A stretch of 64,000 nucleotides of DNA from Spirochaetia bacterium (GTDB taxonomy: Bacteria; Spirochaetota; Spirochaetia; SZUA-6; Bin103). The stretch is from assembly GCA_965208575.1 (NCBI GenBank), contig CBDBOV010000001.1:224001-288000 (forward strand). Reading direction: 5' to 3'. Shown one piece after another: positions 55,019 through 64,000 of the stretch. Under the pieces are notes generated by a model. The model was given only the letters and a program-made list of their open reading frames with translations, was not told where the DNA came from and made no database searches. Made by a program: the position numbers and the translations under genes. Every line of letters starts with the position of its first letter. Position 1 is the first letter of the stretch.

Positions 55019-55394
55019 CGCCAGACCGGGCGTCCGGGACCTGACGTGGCGCGGGCGGCAGGATGGTGCCGGCCGCGCTTCCACCGCACCCCCGACACCG
55101 GCAACCGGCTCGGCCTCGATCGGGAACTTCGTACCGCGCGCGGGAGCGTACCACGGCCCGCGCCACCGTCGCACCTGCGCCTGCCGGTGATCCCGCACGC
55201 GCCGCACTGAGCGGGCGCTCCGGCACCGAGCGCTCGCCGCTTACCGGGCGGCCACGGTGGCGGCGGCGCCGGCGGGGCTCACCGCGCCTCGCCCCGGCTC
55301 GCCCCAACCTTGCATTGCCGGGGCGACCGGGTATCATGAGAGGCGGTCCTCACCTGCTTCGGCGGGGCGGACCGCAGAATTCACGGAGGATCCC

Positions 55395-57461
55395 ATGAGA
55401 GTTGTACGTTCATTCATGCTCGTCGCGTCCCTGGTGACGCTCGCCGTGGCGCCGGCGTTCGCCGCCGCGGCGTCCGAGGAGTCGGCGGCAGACACGGCGG
55501 CCGCGTCGGTTGCCATGACCGGCACCGACATCGTCAAGGTGGCGGGGCGGTACACGGTGAAGGAGAGCTGGCTGCTGGCGCCCACCGCGTCGCAGGTCGG
55601 CATCAGCACGTTCAGCGAGGCGCCGATGCTGGCCGCCATGGTGCAGAGCGGGGAGTTGCCGCCGGTAGCCGAGCGGCTGCCGGACGATCCGCTGGTGCTG
55701 GAGCCGTACGAGCAGACCGGCAGCTACGGCGGCGAGCTGCGCGCGGCGCGCACCGGGCCGTCCGACTGGGGCGACATGCACCGCGGACGCAAGGCGTTCC
55801 TGTTCCGGGCCGACCCCACGCTCAACGAAGCGATCCCGTACGCCGCCAAGGCGTGGGAGATGTCCGACGACCAGACCGTGCTCACCATCCACCTGCGCGA
55901 GGGGATGAAGTGGTCGGACGGCGAGCCGTTCACCACCGCGGACTTCATGTGGCTGTATGAGAACGTGTTCCTGGACTACGACATTCCGTTCAGCGCCCGC
56001 AACAGGTTCACGATGGGGGGCGAACTCGCCGACTGGCAGGCGGACGGCGACTACACGCTGGTGATCACGTTCCCGGCGCCGCTCACGCTCAACAGCCGGA
56101 CCCTGCTGCTGAACTGGTCCCAAGTGCAATCGGGCCGGCTGTTCACCCCGGCGCACCACATGCGGCAGTTCCATCCCACGTTCAACGCCGACGCGGAGAA
56201 GCTCGCCGAGGAGGACGGCCACGACACCTGGGTCGCCGGCCTGATGGCACGCATGTCCGGCGCGCCCTCGCTGAAGCACCCGCGCCCGGAGCTGGCGCCG
56301 TGGGTCCAGGAGCGGCGTGACTCGACCGCCATCTTCTTTACCCGCAACCCGTACTTCTTCGCGGTCGACGGCGCCGGCAACCAGCTTCCCTACATCGACC
56401 GCGTCAAGGCGTCGTTCTTCGCCGACAAGCAGGTCGCGATCCTCGCCATGATGCAGGGCAAGGTGGACCTCGGCGGGCGCCTGACCGATCCGGGCAGCTT
56501 CCCGCTGTACAAGGAGAACGAAGAGATCGGCAACTACCGCGTGCTGGAGTGGCAGGACACCAAGGACTCGCGCGTCACGTTCGGGTTCAACCTGAACCAC
56601 CCGGACCCGGTGAAGGGCCCGATCTTCCTGGACAAGCGGTTCCGGCAGGCGATGTCGCTGGCGATGAACCGCGAGGAGATCAACGAGTTCGTGTTCCTGG
56701 GGCTGGCGACGCCGCAGCAGTACACCGTGGACGCCGGGGCGGCGTTCTACAATCCGGATTGGGCGCGCGCCTACGCCGACTACGACCCGCAAGGGGCGAT
56801 GGCGCTGCTCGATGAGATGGGCATGACCGACCGCGACGGCGACGGCTGGCGCGAGGCCCCCGGCGGCGAGGAGTTCATCCTGGAGATGCGCCCGCACACC
56901 AGCTCCGTGATCGGCACCATGGGCGACAACGTCAGCGAGCTGGCGCAGGCGTACTGGAACGAGATCGGCATCAGGACCAACTACAAGCAGGTGTCGGAGG
57001 AACTGTGGTTGGAGCAGGTGCTGGCCAACGAGCTGGACCTGTCGATCTGGATTTCGCAGTCGTCCCTGCCGGGACGCATCGGGCTGCCGCACATCGGCGA
57101 AGGCATCGTGGCGTACGCGCCCGAGTGGTACCAGTGGCTCCGACATCAACTGTGGATCGAGGGCGGACGGAAGGGCGAAGAGCCGGCCGCGGGAGTGGAG
57201 CCGACCGGCGAGTGGGGACGCTACATCGACCTGTGGCGGCAGTGGGTCGCCGCGCCCAACGCCGAGGAGTTCAACCGGGTCGGCACCGAGCTGTGGGACT
57301 TCCAGGCCGAGAATCTCGGCAACCTCGGCACGGTGGCGAAGGTGGTGCGTCCGATCATCATCAACAACCGGGTCCGCAACGTGCCGGAGGTGCTGCCGTT
57401 CTCGTTCGCCAGCTTCCTGTGGGTGCAGGCCGCGCCGGCCCAGTGGTACATCGAGGAATAG
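55395..57461 (+). CDS. Peptide/nickel-type (family 5) ABC substrate-binding protein, orphan in this window
   Basis: EAPMLAAMV..GELPPVAERLP, LREGMKWSDGEPFTTAD, RNPYFF.VD..GNQLPYID and FRQAMSLAMNR motifs. Confidence 0.9.
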   Translation: MRVVRSFMLVASLVTLAVAPAFAAAASEESAADTAAASVAMTGTDIVKVAGRYTVKESWLLAPTASQVGISTFSEAPMLAAMVQSGELPPVAERLPDDPLVLEPYEQTGSYGGELRAARTGPSDWGDMHRGRKAFLFRADPTLNEAIPYAAKAWEMSDDQTVLTIHLREGMKWSDGEPFTTADFMWLYENVFLDYDIPFSARNRFTMGGELADWQADGDYTLVITFPAPLTLNSRTLLLNWSQVQSGRLFTPAHHMRQFHPTFNADAEKLAEEDGHDTWVAGLMARMSGAPSLKHPRPELAPWVQERRDSTAIFFTRNPYFFAVDGAGNQLPYIDRVKASFFADKQVAILAMMQGKVDLGGRLTDPGSFPLYKENEEIGNYRVLEWQDTKDSRVTFGFNLNHPDPVKGPIFLDKRFRQAMSLAMNREEINEFVFLGLATPQQYTVDAGAAFYNPDWARAYADYDPQGAMALLDEMGMTDRDGDGWREAPGGEEFILEMRPHTSSVIGTMGDNVSELAQAYWNEIGIRTNYKQVSEELWLEQVLANELDLSIWISQSSLPGRIGLPHIGEGIVAYAPEWYQWLRHQLWIEGGRKGEEPAAGVEPTGEWGRYIDLWRQWVAAPNAEEFNRVGTELWDFQAENLGNLGTVAKVVRPIIINNRVRNVPEVLPFSFASFLWVQAAPAQWYIEE

Positions 57462-57486
57462 CACTCCGGCACCCTTCCGCCTCGCG

Positions 57487-57526
57487 ACGCCGCACCTTCC
57501 ACCCGAGGGTGCGGCGTTCTTCTTCT
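57487..57526 (+). terminator. Probable intrinsic terminator
   Basis: Stem acgccgcaccttc / gagggtgcggcgt followed by tcttcttct. Confidence 0.65.
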
Positions 57527-57558
57527 GGATGCCGTCCGTGACCTTGATCACCCCCATC

Positions 57559-57601
57559 GTGAGTCATATACTGAATCTATATGAATCACGAAGTGACTCA
57601 C
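57559..57601. promoter_or_regulatory. Putative operator of the second vapBC
   Basis: Inverted repeat gtgagtcatata/tatatgaatcac, plus a third half-site gtgactcac. Confidence 0.55.
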
Positions 57602-57615
57602 TCGGAGAGCACGTC

Positions 57616-57879
57616 ATGCAACAGTTGACCGTGCGAGGATTCGAGCCCGAGTTGGCGGACCGCATTCGCAGGCTCGCGCAGCAAGAACGAATCTCATTGA
57701 ATCAGGCGGTGCTGCGCCTCCTGCGGCGCGGAGCCGGTCTCGACCCGGATCAGGCGGCGGACGACACGGTGGGGACCTCCCTGGATCAATTCATCGGGAG
57801 TTGGACGGGCCGGCAGGCGGATGAGATGGACCGGGCGCTGGCGGACTTCGAAGGCATCGACGAGTCGATGTGGTCATGA
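57616..57879 (+). CDS. vapB: Ribbon-helix-helix (FitA-like) antitoxin
   Basis: MQQLTVRGFEPELADRIRRLAQQERISLNQAV; ATGA overlap with the PIN gene. Confidence 0.85.
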   Translation: MQQLTVRGFEPELADRIRRLAQQERISLNQAVLRLLRRGAGLDPDQAADDTVGTSLDQFIGSWTGRQADEMDRALADFEGIDESMWS

Positions 57880-58274
57880 GGGTTTCGCTCGACTCCAACG
57901 TCTACTCGCTGCTGTTCCGTGGGCATCCGCTGGTTGCCGAGATCGTTCGGCGTTCTCAGGAAGTGGTGCTGTCCGCCGTCGTGATCGGGGAACTGCTCTA
58001 CGGGTATCGGTACGGTTCGCGCATGGCCCGGAATTTGCGCGAACTCGATGACTTCCTGGTCAATCCACACGTGACCCTGGTGACGGTAAGCCGGACGACG
58101 GCGGACCGGTACTCGCGCATCGCGACGGCTCTGCGAGCGAAGGGCCGCCCCATACCGACCAATGACATCTGGATCGCGGCGCACGCGATGGAGACGGGAA
58201 CCGAGCTGATTTCCTCGGATGGACACTTCAAGGACGTCGATGGGCTGGCTTGGGTTTACGTCCCGGTGGAGTAA
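57876..58274 (+). CDS. vapC: VapC-type PIN domain toxin
   Basis: LDSNVYS, VVIGEL, GRPIPTNDIWIAAHA and SSDGHF motifs. Confidence 0.92.
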   Translation: MRVSLDSNVYSLLFRGHPLVAEIVRRSQEVVLSAVVIGELLYGYRYGSRMARNLRELDDFLVNPHVTLVTVSRTTADRYSRIATALRAKGRPIPTNDIWIAAHAMETGTELISSDGHFKDVDGLAWVYVPVE

Positions 58275-58307
58275 CAAGGGCAGGCGCGACACCGCCGGCG
58301 TGGTGCG

Positions 58308-59600
58308 TCAGTGGCTTTCGGCAAGTGGGACGACTGCCGAGCGCGGGTCAAAGCTGACGGTAACCGGGGCGCCGGCGTCCGGGAGGGTACGGCCGGCAGG
58401 TATCAGCGCCTGCAGTGAAATGCCGCCCACCGCCACCGTCGCGAGGGCGGCGATGCCGCGGAAGGACGTGTCCTGCAGTGTGCCGCGCAGGGTGTGCCGT
58501 GTGCCGGCCGCGTTGGCCACGCCGGCCGCGGCGGGGTGGCCGGACGGTTGTCGGCCGAGGTCGGTGGTGGACAGACTGATCCGCTCCGGGCGGATCAGGA
58601 TGGCGCCGCGTGTGCCGGGCCCGGCGGCCCCTTCGTAGGGCAGCAGGCCGACCTCCGTCTCGATCAGCCTACGGTTCGAGCCGCGGTCGATGGTGCCGGC
58701 AGAGGCAGGGGCAGAGCCGGTGCTGTCCGCGGCTTCGGTGTCGGCTTGCGGGCCGGCGCGGACCGAGCCGGCGGCAAGTACCTTGCCGCGCAGGATGTTG
58801 GCGCGGCCGAGGAAGCGGGCCACGAATACGCTCGCCGGGCGCTCGTACAGGGCGCGCGGGGTGCCGACCTGCACGACGCGGCCGGCGCGCATCACCGCCA
58901 CCCGGTCGGACACGGCGAGCGCTTCTTCCAGGTCGTGGGTCACGAACAGGGCGGTCTGGCGCAGCCGGCGCAGAATGCGCGGCAGGTCGACCAGGAGCTG
59001 CTCGCGCAACGGGCGGTCGAGCCCGGACAGCGGCTCGTCCAGCATCAGCAGGCGCGGGTGCGGCGCCAGCGCGCGCGCCAGCGCCACCCGCTGCGCCTCA
59101 CCGCCGGACAGGGCGTCCACGGGCCGCCGGCGGAAGCCGCTCAGCCCCACCAGCTCCAGCAGCTCCGCCACCCGCCGGCCGCGCACGGCGGCGCCGCCGT
59201 GCCGCGTGCGCGGCTGCATGCGCAGTCCAAAGGCGACGTTGCGCGCCACGTCCAGGTGGGGAAACAGCGCCTGGTCCTGAAACACCAGGCCGAAGCCGCG
59301 CCGGTGCGCGGGCACGGCGGCCAGCGACCGGCCCTGCCAGCGCACCTCGCCGGCGTGCGGCTGCAAGCCGGCGATCACCCGCAGCAGGGTGGTCTTGCCG
59401 CACCCGCTTGGCCCCAGCAGGGCGACGATCTCGCCGGCGCGGGCGGTCAGCGACACGTCGTCCAGCACCGCGGTTCCGCCAAGTTGCACGCTCACGTGAC
59501 GTACCTCCAGCGCGTCTCCCGCGCCAGCTTCCGGCGAGCCGGGATGGTCGCCATTCCGGCCCCGTGCGGCATCCTGATCCCGGTCGATCATGGCGGCCAT
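58308..59600 (-). CDS. thiQ: Thiamine ABC transporter ATP-binding protein
   Basis: [35 protein letters not shown] and LDEP motifs; last gene of the TPP-regulated operon. Confidence 0.85.
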   Translation of the reverse strand: MAAMIDRDQDAARGRNGDHPGSPEAGAGDALEVRHVSVQLGGTAVLDDVSLTARAGEIVALLGPSGCGKTTLLRVIAGLQPHAGEVRWQGRSLAAVPAHRRGFGLVFQDQALFPHLDVARNVAFGLRMQPRTRHGGAAVRGRRVAELLELVGLSGFRRRPVDALSGGEAQRVALARALAPHPRLLMLDEPLSGLDRPLREQLLVDLPRILRRLRQTALFVTHDLEEALAVSDRVAVMRAGRVVQVGTPRALYERPASVFVARFLGRANILRGKVLAAGSVRAGPQADTEAADSTGSAPASAGTIDRGSNRRLIETEVGLLPYEGAAGPGTRGAILIRPERISLSTTDLGRQPSGHPAAAGVANAAGTRHTLRGTLQDTSFRGIAALATVAVGGISLQALIPAGRTLPDAGAPVTVSFDPRSAVVPLAESH

Positions 59601-61321
59601 CAGAAGTCGCGGGCGGCGGCGACGCGCAGCCGTTCGATGGCGGCGATGCTGACCGCGGTGGTGAGCATCAGGATGGTGGCCAGCGCCATGCCCTGGCCGT
59701 AGTTGGCGGCGCCGGGGCGCGACAGCGAGCGGAAGATGGCGGTGGTGATGGTGGGCAGCTCGGGGCGCGCGATCAGCGCGCTGGCGCCGAATTCGCCGAG
59801 CGAGATGGCGGCCGCGAACAGCGCCGCGCTGGCCACGGCACGGCCGAGCACCGGCAGTTCGACGTGGACGAAGCGCTGCGCCGGCGAGGCGCCGAGCACC
59901 GCGGCGGCCTCGCGCAGGCGAGCCGGCACCGCCTGCAGCCCGCCCACCAGTGCCCGGAATACCAGCGGCAGCGCCACCAGCGTGTGCGCCACCGGCAGCA
60001 GCACCGGCGAGGCGCGCAGGTCGAAACCCGGCAGACCGAGGGCGAGGATGAAGCCGAAGCCGATGGTGACCGGCGAAGTGCCCAGCGGCAGCATCACGAC
60101 CACGTCGATCAGCCGCTGCAGCCACGCACGCCGCACGCCGATCGCCGCCCAGGCGGCGGGCAGCCCCACCGCCAGGCTGAGCAGCGCGGTGAGCACGGCG
60201 AACAGCAGCGAGTTGCGGATTGCCAGCAGTGGCGGGACGGTGAGGGCGGCGCCGCGCGGACGGCTGCCGAGACGGCTGAACAGGGCCAGAGTGAGGCGCC
60301 CGTCCTCCACCGAGAACAGCGCGCGCAGCGCCAGCGCCGCCAGCGGTACCACCAGCCACACCAGCAGCGCGCCGACCGTCAGCGCCACCAGCAGCCGTTC
60401 GCGGCCGGATGCCGGCCAGCGCTCATGGGTGGCGGCGCGGCCGAGGCGGGCGCTGGCGCCGTAGCGGGCGGCGGCGCTGCTGTAGGCGCTGGTGACCAGC
60501 GCGGTGAGCAGGAGCTGCAGCAGCGACAGCACCGCCGCCGCGCGCAGGTCGAACAGGGTGACGGTCTGCAGGTAGATCTCCACCTCCAGGGTGGCGAAGC
60601 GCCCGGCTCCGAGCAGCAGCACCACCCCGAACGAGGTGAAGTCGAACAGGAACACCAGCAGCGCGGCGGCGACGATGGGCCGGGTGAGCAGCGGCAGGGT
60701 GACCGTGCGCCAGCGGCGCAGCGGGCCGGCGCCCAGCACCGCCGCGGTCTCGCTGACACGTGGATGCATCTGCGCCCAGGCATCACCCACCAGCCGCACC
60801 ACCAGCGCCGTGTTGAAGAACACGTGCGCGGCGATGATCGCGCCCGCGGTGCCGGTGAAGCGCAGCGGGGGCAGCGCCAACGCCGGGAGCGCCTGGTTCA
60901 CGAAGCCGTGCGGGCCGAGCAGCGCCTGCCAGGCGGCCGCCACCACCAGCGTGGGCAGCACGAACGGCACCAGGGTGATGGTGCGCAGCAGGCGCTTGCC
61001 GGGGAACCGGTAGCGGGCGAACACGTAGGCGGCCGGCAGGCCCACCGCCAGCGTGCACACGGTGGAGACCGCCGCCTGCCAGGTGCTGAACCACAGCGCG
61101 CGCAGCGTGGTGGCGGCGGTCAGGATCTGCCGGATGCCGATGCCGTCCTCGGCCGGGCTGCTCAGCCCGCGCGCGATGATGGCGGTCAGCGGGTAGAGGT
61201 AGAACAGCCCCAGGAACGCCAGCGGCAGGATCCACAGCCAGGGGCGCGCACCGGGCCGGCCGATCCCGGCCTGCCCGATCGGCGCCGGCTGGACCCTCCG
61301 GTCCGCCACCGCTGCCGCCAC
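59600..61321 (-). CDS. thiP: Thiamine/iron-type ABC transporter permease
   Basis: Duplicated permease with two EAA motifs (ETAAVLGA, EAAAVLGAS), FTSFG and SLGEFGA. Confidence 0.87.
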   Translation of the reverse strand: MAAAVADRRVQPAPIGQAGIGRPGARPWLWILPLAFLGLFYLYPLTAIIARGLSSPAEDGIGIRQILTAATTLRALWFSTWQAAVSTVCTLAVGLPAAYVFARYRFPGKRLLRTITLVPFVLPTLVVAAAWQALLGPHGFVNQALPALALPPLRFTGTAGAIIAAHVFFNTALVVRLVGDAWAQMHPRVSETAAVLGAGPLRRWRTVTLPLLTRPIVAAALLVFLFDFTSFGVVLLLGAGRFATLEVEIYLQTVTLFDLRAAAVLSLLQLLLTALVTSAYSSAAARYGASARLGRAATHERWPASGRERLLVALTVGALLVWLVVPLAALALRALFSVEDGRLTLALFSRLGSRPRGAALTVPPLLAIRNSLLFAVLTALLSLAVGLPAAWAAIGVRRAWLQRLIDVVVMLPLGTSPVTIGFGFILALGLPGFDLRASPVLLPVAHTLVALPLVFRALVGGLQAVPARLREAAAVLGASPAQRFVHVELPVLGRAVASAALFAAAISLGEFGASALIARPELPTITTAIFRSLSRPGAANYGQGMALATILMLTTAVSIAAIERLRVAAARDF

Positions 61322-61351
61322 GCCCGCCGCTGGCGCCTTCAGGGCTTCAAG

Positions 61352-62404
61352 CTACTGCGCCATCGCTTCGCGCCACTGGCGGATCCAGCGCTCGCGGTGC
61401 TCGGCGATGGCGGCCGGCTCGACGTGCGCCGGGTGCGCGGGAATGGACAGGAAGCGTTCGAACTCGGGCGCCAGCGGAGTGTCCGCGATGACCGGGAACA
61501 CGAACATGTTGAACGGCAGCGACGCCTGGAAGCTGGGCTCCAGCATGAAGTCGATCCAGCGCTCGGCGAGCTCGCGGCGCGGCGTGCCGGCCAGGATGCC
61601 GGCGAACTCGATCTGCCGGAAGCAGCTCTGGTCGCCGACCATCACCCCGGTGCTGGGCGCGTCTATCGGGGTCTCCGCGTAGATCACCTCGAACGGCGGG
61701 CTGGAGCCGTACGATACCACCAGCGGACGGTCGCCGGCGCTGGTACCGCCGCTGAACTCGGCGAAGTAGGCGGTCTCCCAGTCGGGGGCCACGCGCACGC
61801 CGTTGTTCTGCAGCTCGCGCCAGAAGTCCAGGTAGCCGGGATCGCCGAAGCGGCCGATGGTGGCCAGCAGGAAGGCGAGGCCGGGCGACGAGGCGGCCGG
61901 GTTCTGCACCACCAGCAGGTCGACGTAGGCCGGATCGGCCAGGTCTTCCAGCGTGTGCGGCGGCTCCAGTCCGGCCTCCTCGAACCAGGTGATGTCGTAG
62001 TTCACGCACACGTCGCCGAAGTCGATCGGCGTGGCGTGGCCGGTGGCGTCGAGGCGCAGCTCGGCGGCGATGCCGGCCAGGGCGGCGGGCTCATAGGGCT
62101 CGAATACGCCTTCCTCGAGCGCCCGGCTCAGGAACGCGTTGTCAACGCCGTACAGCACGTCGGCGAGCGGGTTGCCCTTGGCCAGGATGGCACGGTTGAG
62201 CGCGGAGCCGGCGTCGCCGGCCAGCAGGATGCTGACCTTGGCGCCGTAGCGCTCCTCGAACTCGGCCAGCACCTCCTCGGGAACGACGGTCGAGTCGTGG
62301 CCCATCACGGTGAGCACGTCGGGCTCTTCCCGGGCCGGTTCCGCACCGACGTGGGCGGCACAAAGCAGTGCCAGCACAGCAGACACCGCGAACAGATAAC
62401 GCAT
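61352..62404 (-). CDS. thiB: Thiamine ABC transporter substrate-binding protein
   Basis: HDS, GDAG, ADVLYGVDN, SSPGLAFLL, VVSYGSSP and CFRQIEFAG motifs; downstream of a TPP riboswitch. Confidence 0.92.
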   Translation of the reverse strand: MRYLFAVSAVLALLCAAHVGAEPAREEPDVLTVMGHDSTVVPEEVLAEFEERYGAKVSILLAGDAGSALNRAILAKGNPLADVLYGVDNAFLSRALEEGVFEPYEPAALAGIAAELRLDATGHATPIDFGDVCVNYDITWFEEAGLEPPHTLEDLADPAYVDLLVVQNPAASSPGLAFLLATIGRFGDPGYLDFWRELQNNGVRVAPDWETAYFAEFSGGTSAGDRPLVVSYGSSPPFEVIYAETPIDAPSTGVMVGDQSCFRQIEFAGILAGTPRRELAERWIDFMLEPSFQASLPFNMFVFPVIADTPLAPEFERFLSIPAHPAHVEPAAIAEHRERWIRQWREAMAQ

Positions 62405-62461
62405 GAATTCCTCCCGCCGGGGAGTGGAAAATAACTGACAATCAGGCTGCAGGTGGGTGAT

Positions 62462-62580
62462 GAACTCCCTCCGCCGGCATTACCCGGATCAGGTGAGCGA
62501 GTCGAAAGCTTTGAGAATCGGCGACCGGCGCGTCATCCCACGGCTCTCCTCTCAGCTTGGCAACACCAAGCTCCCCGGTC
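62462..62580 (-). ncRNA. TPP riboswitch
   Basis: Minus strand reads GGGGAGC...GCTGAGAGG...ACCTGATCCGGGTAATGCCGGCGGAGGGA, upstream of thiB. Confidence 0.93.
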
Positions 62581-62655
62581 TATGCAACCATCCTAAACTG
62601 CCGGCCGCGGTGCGTCAACCCGCACGGCGGGCTGGCGCGGGCCGGCGCGGGCCGG

Positions 62656-63159
62656 CTAATCGCGACCATTCCGGCGCTCGATGGAGAGGGTATAGCCGCC
62701 GACGGCACCATTCGGGTCGGCGACGGCGAAGCGGTACACGCGATCGGCCTCGGCCCGGAAGAAGAGTTCCGGGTTGACGCCGAACAGGCCGCCGCCGCTG
62801 TCGTCGTCCACGGTGGCGGCGGGAGAGTAGCGATAGTCGATGCTGAGGAGCGGGTCGGTCAGCACCGAGTCCACGAACACGCGCACGGTCTCGCCGGCTT
62901 GGAGGAAGAGGAGGAAGCAGTCGAGGTCGTAGGGATAGTCGATGGCGCCGACCCGGCTGACCGGCAGTTCGAGGGCGGCGCCGTCATCGGGATCGTTCAG
63001 GGGCGCGAGAGGAGCATCTCCCTCGACTCGCACCAGGACGTTCCTGTCGTCGTACTGCTCGACCAGGAGCAGAAAGGGCGGGATGCCGTCGAGGCCGGCG
63101 GAAATCATCTCGGTGCCGCCGGTACCGTATTCGTCAACTTCGGAGATGATCGAGCCAAT
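62656..63159 (-). pseudogene. C-terminal remnant of a secreted protein (PPC-like domain) cut by an IS
   Basis: DPLLSI...DDDSGGGLFG.NPEL...GGYTLSI; the reading frame runs into the IS non-coding end with no credible start. Confidence 0.55.
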
Positions 63160-64000
63160 TGCGCTGTAGCGGTTTTTTGGGCCGTTGAGCAGCCGGTCAC
63201 ACCAGAGAGCACGCGCCCGGGACGTTGACGGCGTCGCTGACGCTCGCCCGGCGCCGAATGACGGCTCTATCGAGTGTGCTGAGTGGGGTCCGCGAGGTGG
63301 GATCAAGCCTCATCCGTGGCTCAATGCACAGATCGGGACAGACCGGTCTCGCTGAGGAGCCGGTGGGATTGGGTTTCTTGGTGACCGGCGAGTGGCCGTC
63401 GGTCAGGCGGGTTTGACCAGACTCCGCAGGTTCTCTGGTTGGCCGGCGCGGATGCGCCCCACGGCCATCGCCAGCATGATCGTCAGCGCCATGGTGACGC
63501 GCAGCTGCATCTTCGCCAGCCCGCGGATGCCCGGTCGCTCGAACCCGAAGCCGCCGGCCAACCGGCTGTTGACCCGCTCCACGGCACCGCGCTGGTCGTA
63601 GAAGTCCTGCCACCGGTAGCTGGACCGCGCCACCGGCGTGAACACGCGCCGATCCTCGGCCAGCGGGATGCGCACCGCGTCGCTCACCGGGCACCGATCC
63701 ATGCCCTTGCAGGTGACCCCCGAGTAGCGCGCCGGACAGCGATACTTGAGCGACTCGCGAGCCTGCTCGAAGCCGCCGTAGGCCATGCGGTGCAGTTCAC
63801 CGGTCCGCGGGCACATGCAGGATACCTGGCCGTCGTGGGTATAGATCACGTTCTCCTGACCGCTCACCCGCTTGGTGAGGACGCCATCCTGCTCCGCCTC
63901 TCCGTCCTTCCAGCAGTTTCGAATGTCGATGACCGGCTTGATCTGATGCTGTTGCCACAGCCGATTGATCAGCTTTTGGTCGTCGTAGCCCTTGTCGGCG
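63160..64000 (-). mobile_element. Insertion sequence extending past the window edge
   Basis: Transposase plus about 240 bp of downstream non-coding DNA; the boundary near gcgctgtagcggtttt is approximate. Confidence 0.65.
63403..64000 (-). CDS. DDE transposase, C-terminal part (IS5/IS1182-like)
   Basis: ADKGYD at the window edge, then LKYRCP, YDQRGAVERVNSRL and IRGLAKM. Confidence 0.85.
   Translation of the reverse strand, partial: ADKGYDDQKLINRLWQQHQIKPVIDIRNCWKDGEAEQDGVLTKRVSGQENVIYTHDGQVSCMCPRTGELHRMAYGGFEQARESLKYRCPARYSGVTCKGMDRCPVSDAVRIPLAEDRRVFTPVARSSYRWQDFYDQRGAVERVNSRLAGGFGFERPGIRGLAKMQLRVTMALTIMLAMAVGRIRAGQPENLRSLVKPA

Overview
High-GC bacterial chromosomal segment. Gene content and order (TPR lipoprotein-mltD-SH3 lipoprotein-ABC-F; pmm-rhomboid-prfA-prmC-relA; TP0183-like lipoprotein) suggest a spirochaete; this is inference, not a database result. 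Core genes are trxA, icd, mltD, prfA, prmC, relA/spoT, a PHP(EndoQ-like)-UvrD fusion, sodC, a sulfatase, sugar and peptide ABC components, and a thiBPQ operon under a TPP riboswitch. The main accessory block (6.9-19.2 kb) is a tandem array of paralogous lipoprotein HExxH metalloproteases (M30-like), two of them with an intact small partner lipoprotein. Only one paralog is cleanly intact: one has its ATG out of frame through an A7 tract, one has a single in-frame TAA, and a fourth is a fragment. The strongest novel signal is a 2,072-bp element (13504-15575) inserted into that fragment. It has 23-bp terminal inverted repeats and an exact 8-bp target-site duplication, yet its only convincing gene is an HNH endonuclease and it has no recognisable DDE transposase. 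Removing it restores the host reading frame. Other features are a composite IS region (20.4-24.2 kb), three toxin-antitoxin-like pairs, repeated in-frame Ala/Pro/Gly-rich expansions in conserved proteins, and many apparently leaderless genes. No rRNA, complete tRNA or CRISPR array was seen.
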